A DNA stretch of 64,000 nucleotides from Candidatus Staskawiczbacteria bacterium (GTDB lineage Bacteria > Patescibacteriota > Minisyncoccia > Minisyncoccales > Staskawiczbacteraceae). The position numbers were made by a program, and so were the translations under genes. Every line of letters starts with the position of its first letter. Position 1 is the stretch's first letter. The notes beneath the pieces were generated by a model. That model did not search any database and was not told the origin of the DNA. It saw nothing but the letters and a program-made list of their open reading frames with translations. Location: contig CAILLM010000003.1 in NCBI GenBank assembly GCA_903835075.1, forward strand, positions 1,002 to 65,001, given 5' to 3'. This document shows, one piece after another, positions 46,372 to 55,563 of this stretch.

Positions 46372-47436
46372 CTATAGACCTAAAGCTTCAACCAGCTGTT
46401 TTATTAACGAAACTACTACAGGAGGTGGCATCAAACTGTTAGACAAAGTGCCTTCGTCATCTTTAATTTCCCATGGTTTTTCAAGTGTTTCCACTTTTCC
46501 ATCTTTAAATTCATAGCTGAATTCTGGTGTGACCTCGTAGTCGTCGGCAACATCTTTTGTTTTATCTGCAGGAATGGAATTTCTTAACATAACTCTTGGA
46601 ATTCCCTGCAATTTATAAGCTTCTTTAATTAACATTTCATCTTTTTCTAATCTTTCTTTAATTGGAGCAATTCCCTGTTCGTCGCCCTCTTTAGCAACCA
46701 TTCTAGCTCCTGGGCAACCAGAATTATCGCAAATTAAATGAAAAGTTTTATCGCTTTCTTCGTACTCAACTCTCTTAGTTGGCAAAAGTTTTAAACTTCT
46801 TGAATTGTTGCAAAGTGGACAAATAACTCTTGTTTTTACCCTTTCATCAATAATTGTTGTTGGCACATCAATTAAAACAAAAACATCTTTGTCTTCGCGG
46901 TATCCAATTAAGTCTCTAAAAAACAAAGCATAAGAAATTTGATCCAAGTCTCTTGGGAAACCGTCAATAAAAATTGTTTTCTTTCCAAGTTTTGCAATTT
47001 CTCTTTTCGCCAAAGCCAAAATTAATTCCGTTGGCAACAAGACTTTTGTTGACCTTGTTTCAAAGGCCTCCATTATTTTTTCCAAAGGTAAATATCCTCT
47101 GTAATTTTGTTTTAAAAATTCTACCAATTCACCCTTTTTAGCCTCATCTTTCATTGTTTCGTCAAAAGACCTTATCATGTCTCCAATAGAAAAATGGGCA
47201 ATTTTTTCTTTATCAATTATTTCTGCAAACATTTTTGCATAAGTTCCTTTTCCAGAAGACTTTTTCCCCATTAAATATGCAATAAAAGTGTTATTTTGCA
47301 TATATTCTCGCAATTTTACAATTTCAGGTCCTGCTTTATACTCAAAATACTCTCGGCGCTCTTTTGCGTCAGTTAAATCAAATTTTTTATATTCATCACT
47401 TTTTGTTTTAAAAAGCGGAAAATCTAAATCTTTCAT
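46372..47436 (-). CDS. Adenylate-kinase-family paralog with Cys4 LID and long C-terminal extension
   Basis: Start at ATG 47436 (MKDLDF); the track ORF extends into the repeat. GKKSSGKGT P-loop-like, IDGFPR, CPLCN...CDNSGC. Confidence 0.55.
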   Translation of the reverse strand: MKDLDFPLFKTKSDEYKKFDLTDAKERREYFEYKAGPEIVKLREYMQNNTFIAYLMGKKSSGKGTYAKMFAEIIDKEKIAHFSIGDMIRSFDETMKDEAKKGELVEFLKQNYRGYLPLEKIMEAFETRSTKVLLPTELILALAKREIAKLGKKTIFIDGFPRDLDQISYALFFRDLIGYREDKDVFVLIDVPTTIIDERVKTRVICPLCNNSRSLKLLPTKRVEYEESDKTFHLICDNSGCPGARMVAKEGDEQGIAPIKERLEKDEMLIKEAYKLQGIPRVMLRNSIPADKTKDVADDYEVTPEFSYEFKDGKVETLEKPWEIKDDEGTLSNSLMPPPVVVSLIKQLVEALGL

Positions 47437-47450
47437 GTTTATGTTTTTAA

Positions 47451-47603
47451 AGCGAGGAAAATGGGTTTTGTGGCGCGTTTCAGGACACAAAGTGCCTGAC
47501 CGAGCGAGTTAGTTTTGCGTAGGGTCGCGAGGAATTAATACGAAGTATAATTCCCCGACCTAGCAAAAATCACGAGCGTCGCAACAAAATCATTTTCCGA
47601 GCG
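47451..47603. repeat. Composite GC-rich palindromic element, divergent copy; its right arm overlaps the 3' end of the ComEC-like CDS
   Basis: AGCGA-GGAAAATGGGTTTTGT ... ACAAAATCATTTTCC-GAGCG; contains TCAGGACAC-AAA-GTGCCTGA and GGAATTA..TAATTCC hairpins. Confidence 0.8.
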
Positions 47604-48534
47604 TTATATTATTACCGTCAGAAATAAAGGTAACGTCACCATTTATGTCTGTTCTTAACACCTTTATACCAAAATTTTGCAATCTTTGCAAAGTTTCGGG
47701 CGTTGGGTGCCCATAAGAATTTTTCCCAACCTCAATAACCGCAAATTTTGGTGTTACACTTGCTAAAAATAAATCACTAGTTGAATATTTACTTCCATGA
47801 TGGGCCACTTTCAAAACATTGGCCAAAATATCTTGCCCTGAGCCGTGCCAAATGATTTCGCCAACAATCTCTTTTTCAGCTTTTGTATCTATATCTCCAG
47901 TAAATAAAAAAGAGTTTTTTCCATAAATTATTTTTGAGACCACGCATGAATCGTTAGAGCTACTTTTCATTTCTTTGCCTTCCATGCTTTGCAACGGATA
48001 AATTGTATCAATTAGAACATTGCCGGCTTTTATTTCCTGCCTGCCGGCAGGCAGGCCTGCCCCCGATTGTGCGACTATAATTTTGGCTCCCATATTTTTT
48101 TGATACGCCAAAATTTTCATCCATGCGTAATATTCTGGGGCTGATTTTTTAATGCCACTCCACAAAATATAATCTGCTTTATATCTTTGCAAAGCATATA
48201 AAATCCCTTGCATATGATCGGACTCAGGGTGAGTTAAAATTACTAAATCAATTGTTTTATCCCAAACTGGCATATTTTCAGATAATTTTCCCAAAACTGT
48301 GGCATTTGGCCCACCATCTATTAAAATTTGGTGGCCCTCTGGGGTTTCAATAAACTCTGCATCTCCTTGCCCAACACTTAAAAACACAACTTTCAAATAA
48401 TGTGAGCCATATAGAGAAAAAACTTCCTGCCATGCAACAAAATTCAAAACCAACAAAAATCCAACAATAAATAAAACCGCACTCTTTTTCATTTTAATTA
48501 AATATACCCTTTTGTAACTGTATAACCGTCTCAA
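47590..48534 (-). CDS. ComEC/Rec2-type metallo-beta-lactamase domain protein (N-terminal TM, no competence channel domain)
   Basis: 314 aa; HPESDHMQG, KVAHHGSKYS, YGHP. Alternative start ATG at 48492; contains the LPAGRQ palindrome insert. Confidence 0.75.
   Translation of the reverse strand: MRRLYSYKRVYLIKMKKSAVLFIVGFLLVLNFVAWQEVFSLYGSHYLKVVFLSVGQGDAEFIETPEGHQILIDGGPNATVLGKLSENMPVWDKTIDLVILTHPESDHMQGILYALQRYKADYILWSGIKKSAPEYYAWMKILAYQKNMGAKIIVAQSGAGLPAGRQEIKAGNVLIDTIYPLQSMEGKEMKSSSNDSCVVSKIIYGKNSFLFTGDIDTKAEKEIVGEIIWHGSGQDILANVLKVAHHGSKYSTSDLFLASVTPKFAVIEVGKNSYGHPTPETLQRLQNFGIKVLRTDINGDVTFISDGNNITLGK
48036..48055. repeat. 20-bp perfect GC palindrome in-frame in a CDS
   Basis: CCTGCCTGCCGGCAGGCAGG, translated LPAGRQ. 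Confidence 0.9.
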
Positions 48535-48567
48535 AAACCCCTTATCAAAAATCCTTTATCAAAAATC

Positions 48568-48602
48568 CTTACAAATATCCAAACGTTTCCAAAAAAGTAA
48601 GA
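48568..48602. promoter_or_regulatory. 35-bp repeat with palindromic core flanking PaaX-like gene 2 (downstream copy)
   Basis: CTTACAAATATCCAAACGTTTCCAAAAAAGTAAGA; about 29 of 35 positions match the copy at 49168-49202. Confidence 0.75.
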
Positions 48603-48604
48603 TT

Positions 48605-49132
48605 TTAGACTTTCTCAATTAAAAATATTTTGACATACTTTTCTAAAGAATGTGCTTGAAGCAAAGTTTCTGTTTTTTCTGAAACATCATACGGAGTTAT
48701 CCAAACGCTCTGCTGGAATAATTTATATCCCAAATTATGCAAGATACTTCTAAGCAAATCTCTGTCATTTCTGCGGTTTCTGGGTATATCAAAAATCATC
48801 ATTATCCACTTTCCATCTTTTCTTTTCTCAGCTTCTCCTAGCTTAAAACTAGCCATTATCGCCTTTTCGATTCCATCTTTTGTTAAAATTATTGCTTTTT
48901 TATTTTCTAAATTTTTTACTTTTATGTAACCCTTTCTTTTAAGATAATAGATAAAATTTCCAAATTGCTTCTCACTTTTTTCTTTCCGATACTTTTTATA
49001 TATAGGATTTTTTGGGCCTGGCAAAAAATTGTTCATCGTTATTGGTTGAGCTGAATAACGAACAACCTCTCCCGCTAAATATATAAATTTATAAACATCC
49101 CAAAGAAATTTATCGGTAATTGGAATTTTCAT
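48605..49132 (-). CDS. PaaX-like / Cas2-fold winged-helix regulator, second paralog
   Basis: 175 aa; KDGKWIMMIFDIPRNRRNDRDLLRSILHNLGYKLFQQSVWITPY. Confidence 0.6.
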   Translation of the reverse strand: MKIPITDKFLWDVYKFIYLAGEVVRYSAQPITMNNFLPGPKNPIYKKYRKEKSEKQFGNFIYYLKRKGYIKVKNLENKKAIILTKDGIEKAIMASFKLGEAEKRKDGKWIMMIFDIPRNRRNDRDLLRSILHNLGYKLFQQSVWITPYDVSEKTETLLQAHSLEKYVKIFLIEKV

Positions 49133-49167
49133 ATTATTTATTATCTACTCATTAATTATACTATTCT

Positions 49168-49202
49168 CTTACAAAATACCAAACGTTTGTTAAAAAGTAA
49201 GA
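49168..49202. promoter_or_regulatory. 35-bp repeat with palindromic core flanking PaaX-like gene 2 (upstream copy, candidate operator)
   Basis: CTTACAAAATACCAAACGTTTGTTAAAAAGTAAGA; core CAAACGTTTG with outer arms CTTAC/GTAAG; 36 nt upstream of the start. Confidence 0.75.
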
Positions 49203-49223
49203 AAATAGAAAGGGAAATAAAAT

Positions 49224-49248
49224 GTAAAAAACGCCCCGAAAGGCGTTT
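49224..49248 (-). terminator. Rho-independent terminator after the DUF5679 gene
   Basis: AAACGCC-CCGAAA-GGCGTTT with a T-run on the minus strand. Confidence 0.65.
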
Positions 49249-49255
49249 TAACATG

Positions 49256-49420
49256 CTATTTTTTCATTCCTAATATTTTGAACATTCCTGTTCCGCAAGT
49301 TGGGCAAGTTCCTTTTAGGGCCGAACGTTTTTTTCCGCCCTTACCGTTCATTTCCACTTCTTTTTCATCTTTCATTTCTCTTTTTGCTTTACACTTTACA
49401 CAATAAGCTTCTGAAGCCAT
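49256..49420 (-). CDS. DUF5679-type small zinc-ribbon protein
   Basis: 54 aa from ATG 49420: MASEAYCVKCKAKREM...GTCPTCGTGMFKILG. The upstream part of the track ORF lies in the repeat. Confidence 0.6.
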   Translation of the reverse strand: MASEAYCVKCKAKREMKDEKEVEMNGKGGKKRSALKGTCPTCGTGMFKILGMKK

Positions 49421-49430
49421 AATTTTTTGT

Positions 49431-49549
49431 AGCGAGGCAATAAATTTTTCAGCGAGGCAATAAATTTTTTGAAGCCCTGTGCACACGAAGTGGCTCAATA
49501 GCGAAAAAATTTGATTGCCGAGCGATTTTAAAAGTTTACTGCCGAGCGA
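49431..49549. repeat. Composite GC-rich palindromic element, nested copy (C-type arms)
   Basis: AGCGA-GGCAATAAATTTTTC-AGCGA-GGCAATAAATTTTTTGAAG ... CGAAAAAATTTGATTGCC-GAGCGA-...TTTACTGCC-GAGCGA. Confidence 0.9.
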
Positions 49550-49571
49550 ATATTATTTATATTAGACTATT

Positions 49572-50372
49572 CTAACCTGCAGTCCACCCGCCGTCAACAA
49601 CCATTACACTACCAGTCATGTATGAAGACTCATCGCTTGCCAAAAATAATACTGCACCAGCAATTTCCTCGGCCTCACCTTGTCTTTTCATTGGAATTGG
49701 AGCTAGCATTGCCACCCTTTGCTCGTCTGTCATTTTTGCTTGGGAAGCACCAGGGGTATTGATTGCTCCGGGGTCAATTACATTAATTCTAATTCCTAAA
49801 GGAGCCAATTCTAATGCCATGGCCCTTGTCATACCAACCATTCCACCTTTTGAAGCGCAATAATGTGTTAAGCCGGCAAAACCCATTAAAGCTGCAATTG
49901 AAGCAATATTTATAATAGAACCTTTTTGACCTTTTTCATTCGGCTGATTTTTTTGCATTTCTTTTGCAACAGCCTGTGTTAACAAAAATGTTCCTTTAAG
50001 ATTAACATCAATTACTTTTTCAAATTGCTCTTCTTTCATTTCTAGAAAAGGTTGAAATGGATAAATACCGGCGTTATTTACTAAAATATCTATTTTCCCA
50101 AATTTTTTAATGGTTTCTGAAACTGTATTATCAATGTCTGCCTTTTTTCCTATGTCACACCTTACAACAAGCGAATCCCCTCTCATTTTTTTTATTTGCT
50201 CAGCCACTTGCTGGCACGAATCCACATCAATGTCGCACAATACAACTTTAGCGCCTGCACCAGCCAATTTTAGTGCGTCAGCCGAGCCCATTCCTTTACC
50301 AGCTCCAGTAACAATGGCAACTTTTCCTTTTAATTCGCAAAATTTTGTTGTTGTTTTATTTAATCCAAACAT
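49572..50372 (-). CDS. Short-chain dehydrogenase/reductase (FabG-like)
   Basis: 266 aa; TGAGKGMG, NNAG, YCASKGG. Confidence 0.85.
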   Translation of the reverse strand: MFGLNKTTTKFCELKGKVAIVTGAGKGMGSADALKLAGAGAKVVLCDIDVDSCQQVAEQIKKMRGDSLVVRCDIGKKADIDNTVSETIKKFGKIDILVNNAGIYPFQPFLEMKEEQFEKVIDVNLKGTFLLTQAVAKEMQKNQPNEKGQKGSIINIASIAALMGFAGLTHYCASKGGMVGMTRAMALELAPLGIRINVIDPGAINTPGASQAKMTDEQRVAMLAPIPMKRQGEAEEIAGAVLFLASDESSYMTGSVMVVDGGWTAG

Positions 50373-50395
50373 ATTTTGTATTTATTTAATTATAT

Positions 50396-50884
50396 TTAAA
50401 AAGATTGCTGAGTTGCATAACACATGGGGCCATATGGATGAACTTTGTCAGTGCCAGTGTATCCCGTATAGTCGGCGCAAGCATAAAAAGGTCCTGCATT
50501 ACCTATTTTGATATAAGCCACCCACTTACCAACGAAATTAGACAACGCGCTATTAGATGTTGAGTATTCTCCATTTGTATAAGACAACGCCCCAGCTTCG
50601 TCCTCAAAAAAAAGCGAATAATTAGAATTCTCGCCGGTTATACTGTTTGCGATTGCTAACAACTTAGTATCAGCGTAAAGTCCAGAAAATCCTCCATTGT
50701 TATTATAATAATCCGTAGCAAGCGTTTGAACTTGTTTTAAATCGGCCAGCATCGCCGCGTTTTTCCCTTTATTAATATACTGCGTAACATTTACTAAAAC
50801 TATTCCTGCCAAGACGGCAATAATAGCAATAACCACAATTAATTCTATAATTGTAAAACCTTTCGAAAATTTTTGCATCTTCAT
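50396..50884 (-). CDS. Type IV pilin / pseudopilin with prepilin-type N-terminal methylation motif
   Basis: 162 aa; KGFTIIELIVVIAIIAVLAGIVL. Confidence 0.85.
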   Translation of the reverse strand: MKMQKFSKGFTIIELIVVIAIIAVLAGIVLVNVTQYINKGKNAAMLADLKQVQTLATDYYNNNGGFSGLYADTKLLAIANSITGENSNYSLFFEDEAGALSYTNGEYSTSNSALSNFVGKWVAYIKIGNAGPFYACADYTGYTGTDKVHPYGPMCYATQQSF

Positions 50885-50955
50885 ATTCTTATTTTTAATT
50901 TTTATAATATTAAATTATTATATCACAAAAATCTTTGTCAAACAAAATAGTAAAC

Positions 50956-50985
50956 AAAAAGTAGACGCCCGACGTCTACTTTTTT
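50956..50985 (-). terminator. Rho-independent terminator after the 177-aa gene
   Basis: GTAGACG-CCCGA-CGTCTAC flanked by A and T runs. Confidence 0.65.
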
Positions 50986-50989
50986 AAAT

Positions 50990-51523
50990 TTATTCTCTGC
51001 AACAATCAATAACTGCTTGCACTACCTTTCCCAATTTTGCCATAATTCCCTTTTTATCGGTGTCTAATTTATTAATTTGATTATCTTCTATTTTTTTAAC
51101 TTCTCCCATGTCTATAAGTTTTAAATTCAAACCCCAAAAAAGTGAATATAATTGGTAAGATTTTTTAAATAAATCTTCTGCATCTTTTTTGTTATTGCGA
51201 GCATGTGCTTTTGTTCCAACCTCCATCAAACGCATGCTGGCGGCCAACAAGTGTTTAGAAATGCACCAAACTTCTCCCTCGGGGTCTTTTACAATTCTTT
51301 TTAGAAGCTCACCCCTCATTTTTCGTGCCTCTTGCAATAAATCAAAATATTCTGATTTACCGGTTTTATTAGCTGTAAAGAAAAAATGCTCTTCAATTGA
51401 AATTAAGTTCATTATAGCAATTGATAAGTCTTCGTCTGAGGACAAATCCAATTGATTGTCTTTATCTTCTTGAACTTTTTTTATAAATGCTTCTACTTTA
51501 TCGTCGCTTAAATTGTTTTCCAT
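50990..51523 (-). CDS. Hypothetical helical protein
   Basis: 177 aa ORF with no family recognised; a terminator follows. Confidence 0.5.
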   Translation of the reverse strand: MENNLSDDKVEAFIKKVQEDKDNQLDLSSDEDLSIAIMNLISIEEHFFFTANKTGKSEYFDLLQEARKMRGELLKRIVKDPEGEVWCISKHLLAASMRLMEVGTKAHARNNKKDAEDLFKKSYQLYSLFWGLNLKLIDMGEVKKIEDNQINKLDTDKKGIMAKLGKVVQAVIDCCRE

Positions 51524-51599
51524 AATTATAAAGGAGGGAGGAATTTAAAAATTTATTTTTATATTCCGGCCGAGTGATTAATTATATAAGCTTATATGG

Positions 51600-52127
51600 C
51601 TATATAACTTTATATAAAATAAAGCTTGTTACTAATAAAAATATTACTGGCACCACAACTCTTTGATATGGAAAAAATACTTTTCCATTATTTTGTTTTT
51701 TTAAATACAAATTAAACCAATGCCCCAAATATAAAACTATAAATCCCATGACAGAACCTACAATTATTTTGTCTAAGCCCCAAATTTGATTTAATGGGTG
51801 CCCCACAATTCCGGCATAGTATAGTGGAATGTATGTTAGCAAAACATAAGCTAAGGTGATTACAATTCCATCATCAGTAAAGCTCCATTTTTTCTTTTTC
51901 ATGTAGTCTAAGGTCCAAGAAATAATGGCAATCATAAATGCTCCAATCCAAACTGAGGATACCACGTCGTCAATTCCAAACCAGCGTGAAAATCCAAGTC
52001 CAGCTCCAATTGCCACAACACAAACAGGGCAAACTTGCGCGCTTACAAAAGTTGCCCTGCCTACCGGCAGGCAGGCGAAAATAATTCCTAAAAATAATAA
52101 TCCTAAAAATAAATATTTATATTTCAT
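51600..52127 (-). CDS. Integral membrane protein with CPVC motif
   Basis: 175 aa, about 5 TM segments; QVCPVCVVAIGAG. Contains a palindrome insert; last gene of the copper/redox run. Confidence 0.55.
   Translation of the reverse strand: MKYKYLFLGLLFLGIIFACLPVGRATFVSAQVCPVCVVAIGAGLGFSRWFGIDDVVSSVWIGAFMIAIISWTLDYMKKKKWSFTDDGIVITLAYVLLTYIPLYYAGIVGHPLNQIWGLDKIIVGSVMGFIVLYLGHWFNLYLKKQNNGKVFFPYQRVVVPVIFLLVTSFILYKVI
52056..52075. repeat. 20-bp GC palindrome (1 mismatch) in-frame in a CDS
   Basis: CCTGCCTACCGGCAGGCAGG, translated CLPVGRA (read in a different frame from the other copies). Confidence 0.85.
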
Positions 52128-52138
52128 AAATTAAATGT

Positions 52139-52250
52139 AGCGAGGCAGTGAATTCAAAGCGTACCCTGCAGGCCCGCCCTGGGCGGGCCGAAGCCTGAGT
52201 GAGTTGCGCGCTGGCGCAACGAACGCTAGCGGAGAATTTACTGCCGAGCG
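52139..52250. repeat. Composite GC-rich palindromic element (B-type core)
   Basis: Near-identical to 27398-27510 (AGCGA-GGCAGTGAATTC ... GAATTTACTGCC-GAGCG); ends 6 nt from the upstream stop. Confidence 0.9.
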
Positions 52251-52255
52251 GGAAT

Positions 52256-52669
52256 CTATTTTATTCCAGCAACTGTCTTTAAAAAGTTGGGCACGTCCAC
52301 TTCTCCTATATAACATTTTCCCGCCTGCCCTGAGCTTGCCGAAGGGTCATATAAAAATGGCACCCCAACTGAATCCCCTTTTATGTTGCATATTTTTGCA
52401 ACCTGCGCTAATGTGCCCTGATTATTTTTATTATACCAAACTTCCATTCTAGTAATTTTTACCTTCTCTTCAATTTTATTTTCAGTTATAAATTTTTCAA
52501 CATCAGCACAGTGCGGACACCCCTGCCCATAAAACAAAACTATACCTGCAGGAAGCGGCGTAGCATTTATTGTTGAGCCGGGGCTAGAAAAAAATCCTGT
52601 TTGAAACCCCCAAAACATAAATCCTGCAAAAACTACAATAATAATAGTTAATATGATTGTTTTGTCCAT
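52256..52669 (-). CDS. Membrane-anchored thioredoxin/glutaredoxin-like protein
   Basis: 137 aa; N-terminal TM, GQGCPHC active site; GC-rich insert encoding SASSGQAG. Confidence 0.7.
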   Translation of the reverse strand: MDKTIILTIIIVVFAGFMFWGFQTGFFSSPGSTINATPLPAGIVLFYGQGCPHCADVEKFITENKIEEKVKITRMEVWYNKNNQGTLAQVAKICNIKGDSVGVPFLYDPSASSGQAGKCYIGEVDVPNFLKTVAGIK

Positions 52670-52709
52670 GTTATTTTAATTAAATCACAAAATAATTACA
52701 AAATCAACA

Positions 52710-54992
52710 CTATAATTTCATACCTTTAATTCTCAAGCTATTCCCTACTACGCTTACGCTTGAAAATGCCATAGCCAGACCTGCAAAAATTGGGTTTAAC
52801 AACACTCCAAAAAATGGATACAGTAATCCCGCTGCAATGGGAATTCCTACAATATTATAAATAAACGCCCAGAATAAGTTTTGCTTAATGCCACGCATAG
52901 TAATTTTTGAAAGCTTAATGGCTTTTACCATTTTTGAGATGTCTCCTCCCAACAAAGTAATACCAGCAGTTTCTATGGCAACATCTGTGCCAGTGCCCAT
53001 GGCAATCCCAACATCAGCCTGAGCCAATGCTGGCGCATCGTTTACCCCATCACCTGCCATTGCAACAACTTTTCCTTCTGCCTGTAATGTTTTTATAGTA
53101 ACTAATTTATCTTCTGGAAGAGCTTCTGCTACTACTCTATCAATGCCCACTTGTTTGGCAATTGCTTCTGCGGTGTTTTTATCATCGCCAGTTAACATTA
53201 CCAAACTAATTCCAAGTTTATGCAAATTATTAATTGCTTCAATTGCTTCGGGCTTTATTGCGTCAGCAATCATAAACACAGCAATAATTTCACTTTTAGT
53301 TGCTAAAATTACGGGCGTTTTGCCTTGCAAAGTTTCAGCCTCAATTGTTTTCAAATCAAAGGAAATTTTCAAATCAGAAATAAGTTTTGCATTCCCAGCA
53401 AAATATTCTTTTTTATTTATGGTCCCCCTTAATCCTTTTCCTTTAATAATTTCAAATTTTTGGGCTTCAGCTATTTCAATGGAGTTATTTTTTGCGTATT
53501 CCATTACCGCATAAGCAATGGGATGCTCTGAATTTTTTTCTAAACCCGCCAAAATGGCAACAACTTCTTCTTCATTTAAATTGGACTGCCCCGAGGCGTC
53601 TCGAGGGGAATAATTTTTAATACTTACTAATTCTGGTTTACCTTTGGTAATAGTTCCGGTTTTATCAACTACTACAGTATTTACTTTATACAGTTTTTCT
53701 AAAGTTGCGGCATCTTTAATTAAAATCCCTTCTTTAGCTCCTTTACCAACCCCTACAATAATGGCTGTTGGGGTGGCTAATCCTAATGCGCACGGGCAAG
53801 CAATAACTAAAATTCCCACAAAAGACATTAACCCAAATGAAAGAGCTTTTAAAAATCCCAAATAATAAGTTCCCAAACCTAACCATGTTAAAAGCGTTAA
53901 AAACGCAACTACCAATACTATTGGCACAAAAACGCCAGAAATTTTATCGGCTAATGCCTGAATTGGCGCCTTGCTTCCCTGAGCATCTTGCACCATTTTT
54001 ACAATATGAGCTAACAAAGTTTCAGAACCAATTTTTGTAGCCTTAAAAGTAAAAGCGCTATTAGTATTAATTGTGCCCGCCACAACCGTGTCTCCAACTT
54101 TCTTTTCTTTTGGCATTGGCTCACCTGTTACCATGGCCTCATCAATAAATGAAGTACCAGCGGCAACCACACCATCTACTGGAATTTTTTGCCCCGGTTT
54201 TACAACAATTAAATCTCCATGGACAACTTCATTTACAGAAATTTCTTTTTCTGAGCCACTGCGAATTACTAATGCAGTTTTTGCTTGCAAATTTAGTAAT
54301 TTTTCTATTGCGTCGCCGGTTTTTAATTTAGACCGCGCCTCAAGAAATTTTCCTAATGCAATAAATGTAATAACCACAATAGTTACATCAAAATAAGTTT
54401 GTTCAACATTAATAAACTTTCCTAGGGGACCTTCAAAAGCTGTCACAATAAAACTATAAAAAAATGCTGTAATTGTTCCAATACCAATTAAACTGTCCAT
54501 ATTGGCTTTTCCATATCTAAAAAACCTGTAAGCGCCCAACAAATAAGGTTTCCCCACCACAAATAACATATAACTGGCCATTATTGGCAATAAATGATGA
54601 AAAAATTCGCTGGTATCATAATTCATTGGCGAAACAATTTTTAACTGCGACAAAATATCCCATGCCATAATAAAAATGCTGATTACGGCTAGCGGAATTG
54701 CGGAAATTACTTTATTTTTTTGATCTTTAATTTCATCTAATTTTTCTTTTTTAGATTGGTTAATTTCTGGTTCATTTTCGCTTGGCATAACAATAGAATA
54801 ACCAAAAGGCTCAATCTTTTTTGATAAAGCTTCAAGATTAGTTTTTTTGTCATCAAAAGCAATTTTTACAGCTTCTGTTCCATAATTTACTTCAACCGAA
54901 GTCACTCCGTCAGTTTTTTTGAAAGTTCCTTCTATAATGTTTGCACAAGAAGCACAGTGCATTCCCTTAATTTTATAAGATTTTTTCTCCAT
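52710..54992 (-). CDS. copA: Copper-translocating P-type ATPase
   Basis: 760 aa; HMA domain [28 protein letters not shown]. Confidence 0.92.
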   Translation of the reverse strand: MEKKSYKIKGMHCASCANIIEGTFKKTDGVTSVEVNYGTEAVKIAFDDKKTNLEALSKKIEPFGYSIVMPSENEPEINQSKKEKLDEIKDQKNKVISAIPLAVISIFIMAWDILSQLKIVSPMNYDTSEFFHHLLPIMASYMLFVVGKPYLLGAYRFFRYGKANMDSLIGIGTITAFFYSFIVTAFEGPLGKFINVEQTYFDVTIVVITFIALGKFLEARSKLKTGDAIEKLLNLQAKTALVIRSGSEKEISVNEVVHGDLIVVKPGQKIPVDGVVAAGTSFIDEAMVTGEPMPKEKKVGDTVVAGTINTNSAFTFKATKIGSETLLAHIVKMVQDAQGSKAPIQALADKISGVFVPIVLVVAFLTLLTWLGLGTYYLGFLKALSFGLMSFVGILVIACPCALGLATPTAIIVGVGKGAKEGILIKDAATLEKLYKVNTVVVDKTGTITKGKPELVSIKNYSPRDASGQSNLNEEEVVAILAGLEKNSEHPIAYAVMEYAKNNSIEIAEAQKFEIIKGKGLRGTINKKEYFAGNAKLISDLKISFDLKTIEAETLQGKTPVILATKSEIIAVFMIADAIKPEAIEAINNLHKLGISLVMLTGDDKNTAEAIAKQVGIDRVVAEALPEDKLVTIKTLQAEGKVVAMAGDGVNDAPALAQADVGIAMGTGTDVAIETAGITLLGGDISKMVKAIKLSKITMRGIKQNLFWAFIYNIVGIPIAAGLLYPFFGVLLNPIFAGLAMAFSSVSVVGNSLRIKGMKL

Positions 54993-55016
54993 TTATTTTA
55001 TATTTTATAATTATTT

Positions 55017-55238
55017 TTATAAAGTTTTATACCCCAGATCTTTAATTTTATTTTCTATTTCCGGCAAACTTGTTTCTGTTGGGTCAAACTCCAAAAAAAC
55101 TTTTTCTGAGCCAAAATCTACATTAGCAGAAGCAACCCCCTTTTCTTCTTCTAAGCCAAATTTAATTATTTTGGCACAAGACTGGCATTTCATGCCTAAT
55201 ATTTTTAATGTTGTTTTTTGCATATTATTTTGGGACAT
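55017..55238 (-). CDS. copZ: Copper chaperone, HMA domain
   Basis: 73 aa; GMKCQSCAKII. Confidence 0.8.
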   Translation of the reverse strand: MSQNNMQKTTLKILGMKCQSCAKIIKFGLEEEKGVASANVDFGSEKVFLEFDPTETSLPEIENKIKDLGYKTL

Positions 55239-55425
55239 TAAGTTCTTTTAAAATTTTATCTAAATCCAACCCATAGGCCTTACAAATTTCTCCAACTTGC
55301 AAGTCATCCATTTCAAACTCGGCCATTGGGCAAGACAAGCACGGCACCCCATTTTTTGCTAAAATTTTATCGGCACCTTTTTGTTTAATTATTTTTGCTA
55401 AAGTAGTAGTTTTTGTTATTTTCAT
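55225..55425 (-). CDS. DUF1858-type redox-disulfide small protein
   Basis: 66 aa; GVPCLSCPMA...TLGEICKAYGLD-like pattern. Confidence 0.6.
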   Translation of the reverse strand: MKITKTTTLAKIIKQKGADKILAKNGVPCLSCPMAEFEMDDLQVGEICKAYGLDLDKILKELNVPK

Positions 55426-55431
55426 AAAATT

Positions 55432-55561
55432 AGCGAGGCAGTGAATTCGTAGCGTGCCCTGCAGGCAATTTTGCTTGGTCCGCCGATAGGCGGAAAATTG
55501 CCGAAGCCTGAGTGAGCCCGCGCTGGCGGGCGAACGCTAGCGAAGAATTCTCTGCCAAGCG
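55432..55561. repeat. Composite GC-rich palindromic element (B-type scaffold with substituted hairpins)
   Basis: AGCGA-GGCAGTGAATTC ... GAATTCTCTGCC-AAGCG; hairpins GGCAATTTT..TCCGCC-GATA-GGCGGA..AAAATTGCC and CCCGC-GCTG-GCGGG. Confidence 0.9.
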
Positions 55562-55563
55562 TC

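Noticed and set aside
52131-52452. ORFs 52131-52316 (-) and 52204-52452 (+), and likewise 5149-5388 (+), 12940-13317 (+), 24185-24397 (-) and 23903-24130 (-)
   Set aside because: They run through GC-rich repeat elements or the GC-rich island, where stop codons are rare in every frame. They also overlap better-supported genes.
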